A stretch of 60,107 nucleotides of DNA, from assembly GCA_004524445.1 (NCBI GenBank), contig SDNP01000018.1, positions 1 through 60,107 on the forward strand, read 5' to 3'. How positions within the stretch are numbered: the stretch's first letter is position 1; the number at the start of each line of letters is the position of its first letter. The notes under the pieces are model-generated. The model searched no databases. It worked only from the letters and a program-made list of their open reading frames with translations, and was not told the origin of the DNA. A program made the position numbers and the translations under genes. The stretch comes from Candidatus Thorarchaeota archaeon (GTDB taxonomy: Archaea > Asgardarchaeota > Thorarchaeia > Thorarchaeales > Thorarchaeaceae). This document shows positions 55,757 to 60,107 of the stretch, in pieces.

Positions 55757-56293
55757 CTATGTGATTTGAGTGCCCATGATTCTCTGCAAAATACTACTAA
55801 GACCCAGTCCACAAAGGAAATAGAAGCCCCAATAGCTCATTCCGAAGCCAAACGGGGTGGGTACTCCAATCATGCCAATTAGGAAGGGTAGTACTTTGTT
55901 TACGTTGAATGGCAGAATAGCTACAACAGCATCCTGTCCACCAGCTGTATAGAAATTCCGCAATAGAGTGAAAATAAGCATAAACGGAATTATGAAGATA
56001 AGTGTCGGTTTGCATCGCTGCTTGAGCATTTCTCCTTGAATTCGATCAATGTACGCCTTTCTACGCTTGATTTTTCTTAGCAGTTTTTCATCCTGTGTAC
56101 GTTCAGCCTCTTTTTGCATCTCCTGATGTTGCTTGATTTCAGCCTGATATCTCCGGAGTCTCCGCATATTTGCGAATTTCCTCATGGCCAGGTTGCTGAT
56201 AGATGAAATCGTAACAGAAACAATCATGATGAATAGGGCTGAAACTGGTGGATCTTCAATCAAGGTAAGGAAATCTAAGAGAATGTCCTGCAT
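55757..56293 (-). CDS. DUF106 / EMC3-TMCO1 (Oxa1 superfamily) membrane protein
   Basis: TM, coiled coil, two further TMs with W.FYFLC; lies between adk and rpl34e. Confidence 0.9.
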   Translation of the reverse strand: MQDILLDFLTLIEDPPVSALFIMIVSVTISSISNLAMRKFANMRRLRRYQAEIKQHQEMQKEAERTQDEKLLRKIKRRKAYIDRIQGEMLKQRCKPTLIFIIPFMLIFTLLRNFYTAGGQDAVVAILPFNVNKVLPFLIGMIGVPTPFGFGMSYWGFYFLCGLGLSSILQRIMGTQIT

Positions 56294-56299
56294 TCATGT

Positions 56300-56890
56300 C
56301 TACTCCATTATTGTGTCAGCTAGTTCAGTTCCTGCTTGTTCCACTTTACCTTGGCGGTTCTTGATGATTCTTACGGTAGCTCCGGTTAGGGTACCACCCG
56401 CTACTGCAGCCGCCCTGCACATTCGCTGATGTGTATCTATCGCCTCAGAGGCTTGTTCGTCACGCGATCGTGTGGGATCATCACTGCGCCGCAATGCAAT
56501 CTTCTCTGGATCAGCCTCAACAAGGACAATGGTCTTGGGACTAATGGCACGAATCACCCATTCGGGCAATCCAATCAAAAATCCATTATTTGTGTGAATC
56601 AAAGTGTGCGTATCCACTATAACGCGTGCATCTTTGGCTTTTTCTGCAATAGATTCACCGGCGAGTCGTTGAACTTCTCGTTGCTTTGCAGTCTCCATCT
56701 TCCGCATCTCATCTCGGTCTTTGACCAAGCCGCGCTCGGAGGCAGTCGAGAACATTTCAGTACCGAAATTGAGAACTAGAACCTCTTCATCATGTTCCGC
56801 CTTCACCTTATCGACTGCTGTGTTTATGACTGTGGTCTTCCCAACGCCGGGAATTCCTGTCACTATTACAACATTCCTTGATTCGCTCAT
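56300..56890 (-). CDS. adkA: Archaeal adenylate kinase
   Basis: GIPGVGKTT, NFGTEM, RDEMRK, IVDTH, GLP. Confidence 0.95.
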   Translation of the reverse strand: MSESRNVVIVTGIPGVGKTTVINTAVDKVKAEHDEEVLVLNFGTEMFSTASERGLVKDRDEMRKMETAKQREVQRLAGESIAEKAKDARVIVDTHTLIHTNNGFLIGLPEWVIRAISPKTIVLVEADPEKIALRRSDDPTRSRDEQASEAIDTHQRMCRAAAVAGGTLTGATVRIIKNRQGKVEQAGTELADTIME

Positions 56891-57059
56891 TGTTCTGGCT
56901 CACACCTATTACCTGATTAAACGGATTTCACGGATAGGGGGTTATATATCATTCTGTGTCGCTCCAAGCGAGCAGTTGCAAATTTATGGTACCGCTAATT
57001 GGTCTACAACATAAAAATCAATAAAAACTCACAAATGATGGCTTTGCGTGTGTGTTGGC

Positions 57060-57623
57060 ATGTCAAAACAAACATTCAAGGTATTGGTTCTGGGTCCACC
57101 AAATGTGGGTAAGACTTCTCTCGTTCAGAGGTATACCCAGGGGGTTTTTGAGGAAAAATATAATCCCACTATTGGTTTTGACGTTAGTACCGAAGAATTG
57201 GTATTCCCGGAGGGGGAGATGCGACTTGCAATAATGGATTTGGGAGGACAGGAATCATTCGATGATTTACGCCGACGATTGTTTCAGGGGGCACATTATG
57301 TCATCATTGTCTATGACTTGACTGATCCATCCACCTTCTCTGAGATTCCTACTTGGTATGAAACACTTTGCAATGAGGTTTGTTTGCCAACTGGTGTGTT
57401 TTTACCAGGGTCAATTGTAGCGAATAAAGCGGACTTAGCAAAGAGAGTTGATACTGATAGAGGAAAACAAATGGCGAAGTTACTAAATTTGGATTACTTC
57501 GAGGCAAGTGCAAAATCCGGGAAAAATGTTAGCGAGATATTTGCCAGAGCTGCGTCGCAATGTCATATTAGAGCATTTGGCGTAAAAGATGACACAACAA
57601 CCGAGCTCATCATGAGATCATAG
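57060..57623 (+). CDS. Rab/Ras-like small GTPase
   Basis: G1 GPPNVGKT, G2 PTIG, G3 DLGGQE, G4 NKAD, G5 EASAK. Confidence 0.94.
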   Translation: MSKQTFKVLVLGPPNVGKTSLVQRYTQGVFEEKYNPTIGFDVSTEELVFPEGEMRLAIMDLGGQESFDDLRRRLFQGAHYVIIVYDLTDPSTFSEIPTWYETLCNEVCLPTGVFLPGSIVANKADLAKRVDTDRGKQMAKLLNLDYFEASAKSGKNVSEIFARAASQCHIRAFGVKDDTTTELIMRS

Positions 57624-57796
57624 ATTTCTCCTGACTGGCTTCATAGAGGAAAAGGCGGTCCATGTCATACTAGAGGATTTTCTTCACACGATAGCAGGCA
57701 AGAACCTAGGCATTACACGGTCTTTTATCATTTGTATTTTCACATTACATACTCTTAGACGAATGCCTGGAAAGAGATCTAAGGAGATGATGAAAG

Positions 57797-58078
57797 TTGA
57801 GAACCCCTAGCAAGGCAAAGGCAGAGAGAGAGATTGGACTACGTGAGAAGAGAGGAACAGGGGGATTCAAATCTGTGACAGAGAGTTTCATCCGACTTTC
57901 CGAGGAGAAGCTAATCACATGTCCACGGTGTGGAAATGCCATCGATTTCCAATCTGGAATAGACTGGCACGGCCCAACAAGCTTCAGCTGTAGTGCATGC
58001 AACAAACTTCTTCACATGTCTTATGTTACACGACAACTTGAGAAGATGGGACTGCTGGATACGATTTTTCTACAATAG
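57797..58078 (+). CDS. Small zinc-ribbon protein
   Basis: CPRC...CSAC with a basic N-terminus. Confidence 0.65.
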   Translation: MRTPSKAKAEREIGLREKRGTGGFKSVTESFIRLSEEKLITCPRCGNAIDFQSGIDWHGPTSFSCSACNKLLHMSYVTRQLEKMGLLDTIFLQ

Positions 58079-58247
58079 GCCTATGAAAGAGGACCCCCCT
58101 CATAAGCATCCTTGTCTTCCAAAAATTCTGATTGCATGTGTGATGAATGCTCTGGCAATCGTATTTCTGATGGTTTTTTGCATATTCAAGAAAATAATAT
58201 TAGCACAACTGGTTTAACAATTAGATGCACGTTAGAGAGGGTTGCAA

Positions 58248-60107
58248 ATGAAATACAAAGGTTTTCTGCCTATCATAGTTCTTTTTGTAATATTAGCTGT
58301 CAGTCCACCACAGATTTATCAGCCATCACCAATTGCAGATGATTCTAGCCATCATGGACAAGATATCTTGGTTGATGACGATTCAATAGCAAAGGTAAGC
58401 ATCCAATTTACAAGGGAGCTGAGCCTTCGAGAGATCAAGTATTTTGGTAATCTAGGGATCGATTTTGGTAATAGCGTTCAGAGCCTAGGATCTGTATATA
58501 TCGCTGAGGCATCAGGAGCTGCCCTCTCAATGATTAGAAACCACCCGCTATATGTACAGGATGAACCGATGCATGAGCGTAAACTTTGTGCTCCACGTAA
58601 CATTTCTGTTCAAGAGACCTTCGCAGATAGCACATGGTTCATGAAAGATTATGAGAACTATAATTTGACAGGAAAAGACATCCTTATCGCTGATTTAGAC
58701 ACTGGGATTCAATGGCGTCATCCAGACTTCTTTTTTGCAGACGGAGGCAATTACTCCTGGTTTGATGCAAACATGGATTGGCAATTTCAAAATGGCACCG
58801 AGGGTATTGATGTAAACGGCAACAACTCAATTGAGACAAATGAAACACTCTACACGATTGACACTAACAATAATGGCGTCTATGAAGTTGACATTGACTG
58901 GATTTGGATGGATAATGGTTCATCACTAGGTGTCATCGATGATGGTGATACGTTCTTTGTTGTGGATGACTCAAATGATGATGGTACCCTGAATGCAGGA
59001 GAGGAACTAATTGCGCTCAAGACACCAAAGACAAAATATATTGTCACTAAGAATACCGGAGGCTATGAGGTCTGGCAACGAGGAATTAATTTGACCGCAT
59101 CTACGTATTATGACACAGATGGTCATGGTACTGGCGTAGCAGGCATCCTAAACGGTGGACAGCTGGGATACAGACAATTTGTTGGTGTGGCACCAGATGC
59201 TGATCTCATGGCAATCAATGTCTTCGGTTCAAATGGGTTGACCATTGAAGAGGGCTTGATTTGGGCAGAGAAGCATGGAGCCGACGTCATTCTCATTGAA
59301 GTTGGCTCATGGACATACGAGTATCTTGATGGGACGAGTAATGTTGAGGCCATGATAGACACCCTCACTAATAGCGGCATTCCAGTGATTGTACCTGCAG
59401 GAAATCTGGCCGGGGCAAAAAGGCATGCCCTTCGAACCGGCAGTCCATATACCAAGCTAAGCACAAGATTCATTGCATCTTCTACTTACAATCCGTCGGA
59501 ACTTTATCTCACAATTCTATCAGACATGCCTATATCAAACATTCAAGTCAACATAACCGAACCCACATCTACAGGCACAATAACGCATCAGATAACCTTT
59601 GGGAGTGGGTATTGGAACTGGCAGAACACCGTATCAACCAGCAATATCACAATCGATGCGTTCAAGTCGGGTTCATCGAGAAGTACCTACATGTTGGCAA
59701 TGGACATCTCTGGGACTATCAAGCAGAATGTCTATTGGTCAGTCGATATTATAGATATCCAGCCAGCACACTATCATATGTTCATCTCTGACGATGCTTC
59801 TGCATGGAGTGGAGGGTCTGAGTGGCATCCCAGTGATGGTGCCACGGATCAAAATACAATAACATGGCCATCAACAGCAGATACTGCAATATCCGTTGCC
59901 TCATATATGTCGAGGAATCTATGGTTACCCGGATATGGGCAAATAGCTCCCTACTCGTCACAGGGAAACAGAATTGACGGAACTTCCAAACTATCAGTAG
60001 CTGCTCCTGGCGGCTGGGATGTTGTGTCTCCTTGGTCAAATGACTCAACATGGGCTAGCTGGATGACAGGGGTGGGAAGTCTGCCACTCTATCCCATGTT
60101 TGGAGGG
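58248..60107 (+). CDS. Secreted S8 subtilisin-like protease (runs off window; absent from ORF track)
   Basis: Signal peptide MKYKGFLPIIVLFVILAVS; IADLDTG (Asp), DGHGTGVAG (His), VPAGN, AAPG; window ends at MFGG just before the expected GTS serine. Confidence 0.93.
   Translation, partial: MKYKGFLPIIVLFVILAVSPPQIYQPSPIADDSSHHGQDILVDDDSIAKVSIQFTRELSLREIKYFGNLGIDFGNSVQSLGSVYIAEASGAALSMIRNHPLYVQDEPMHERKLCAPRNISVQETFADSTWFMKDYENYNLTGKDILIADLDTGIQWRHPDFFFADGGNYSWFDANMDWQFQNGTEGIDVNGNNSIETNETLYTIDTNNNGVYEVDIDWIWMDNGSSLGVIDDGDTFFVVDDSNDDGTLNAGEELIALKTPKTKYIVTKNTGGYEVWQRGINLTASTYYDTDGHGTGVAGILNGGQLGYRQFVGVAPDADLMAINVFGSNGLTIEEGLIWAEKHGADVILIEVGSWTYEYLDGTSNVEAMIDTLTNSGIPVIVPAGNLAGAKRHALRTGSPYTKLSTRFIASSTYNPSELYLTILSDMPISNIQVNITEPTSTGTITHQITFGSGYWNWQNTVSTSNITIDAFKSGSSRSTYMLAMDISGTIKQNVYWSVDIIDIQPAHYHMFISDDASAWSGGSEWHPSDGATDQNTITWPSTADTAISVASYMSRNLWLPGYGQIAPYSSQGNRIDGTSKLSVAAPGGWDVVSPWSNDSTWASWMTGVGSLPLYPMFGG

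Noticed and set aside
1-60107. CRISPR array, IS element, provirus or rRNA
   Set aside because: No periodic repeats, transposase, integrase or capsid motifs, or rRNA signatures seen by eye

Overview
Core-genome segment of an Asgard archaeon, most likely Thorarchaeia. This is inferred from the two-domain gelsolin, roadblock, Rab-like GTPase, Get3-like ATPase, archaeal information-processing genes and Sec machinery. It is dense housekeeping DNA with no transposase, integrase, CRISPR array or rRNA. Both ends are truncated genes missing from the ORF track: archaeal leucyl-tRNA synthetase (minus, 1..2726) and a secreted S8 protease (plus, 58248..>60107). I read three RNA genes directly: tRNA-Sec(UCA) with a 9/4 fold, tRNA-Ser(GGA) with a 30-nt intron, and RNase P RNA. 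Best leads: (1) a 479-aa protein that follows the MCM helicase layout from OB fold to winged helix but has an eroded ATPase core, encoded behind a DNA methyltransferase; (2) a roughly 105-nt minus-strand structured RNA with a predicted loop-loop (kissing) interaction, between a possible Sm-like protein and two tandem TFB paralogs; (3) a selB-spcS-orf-tRNA-Sec-pstK cluster whose unknown gene resembles an adaptin-appendage platform domain; (4) several pseudoenzymes and a radical SAM enzyme with a split Cys motif. All family calls come from motifs recognised by eye; no searches were run.
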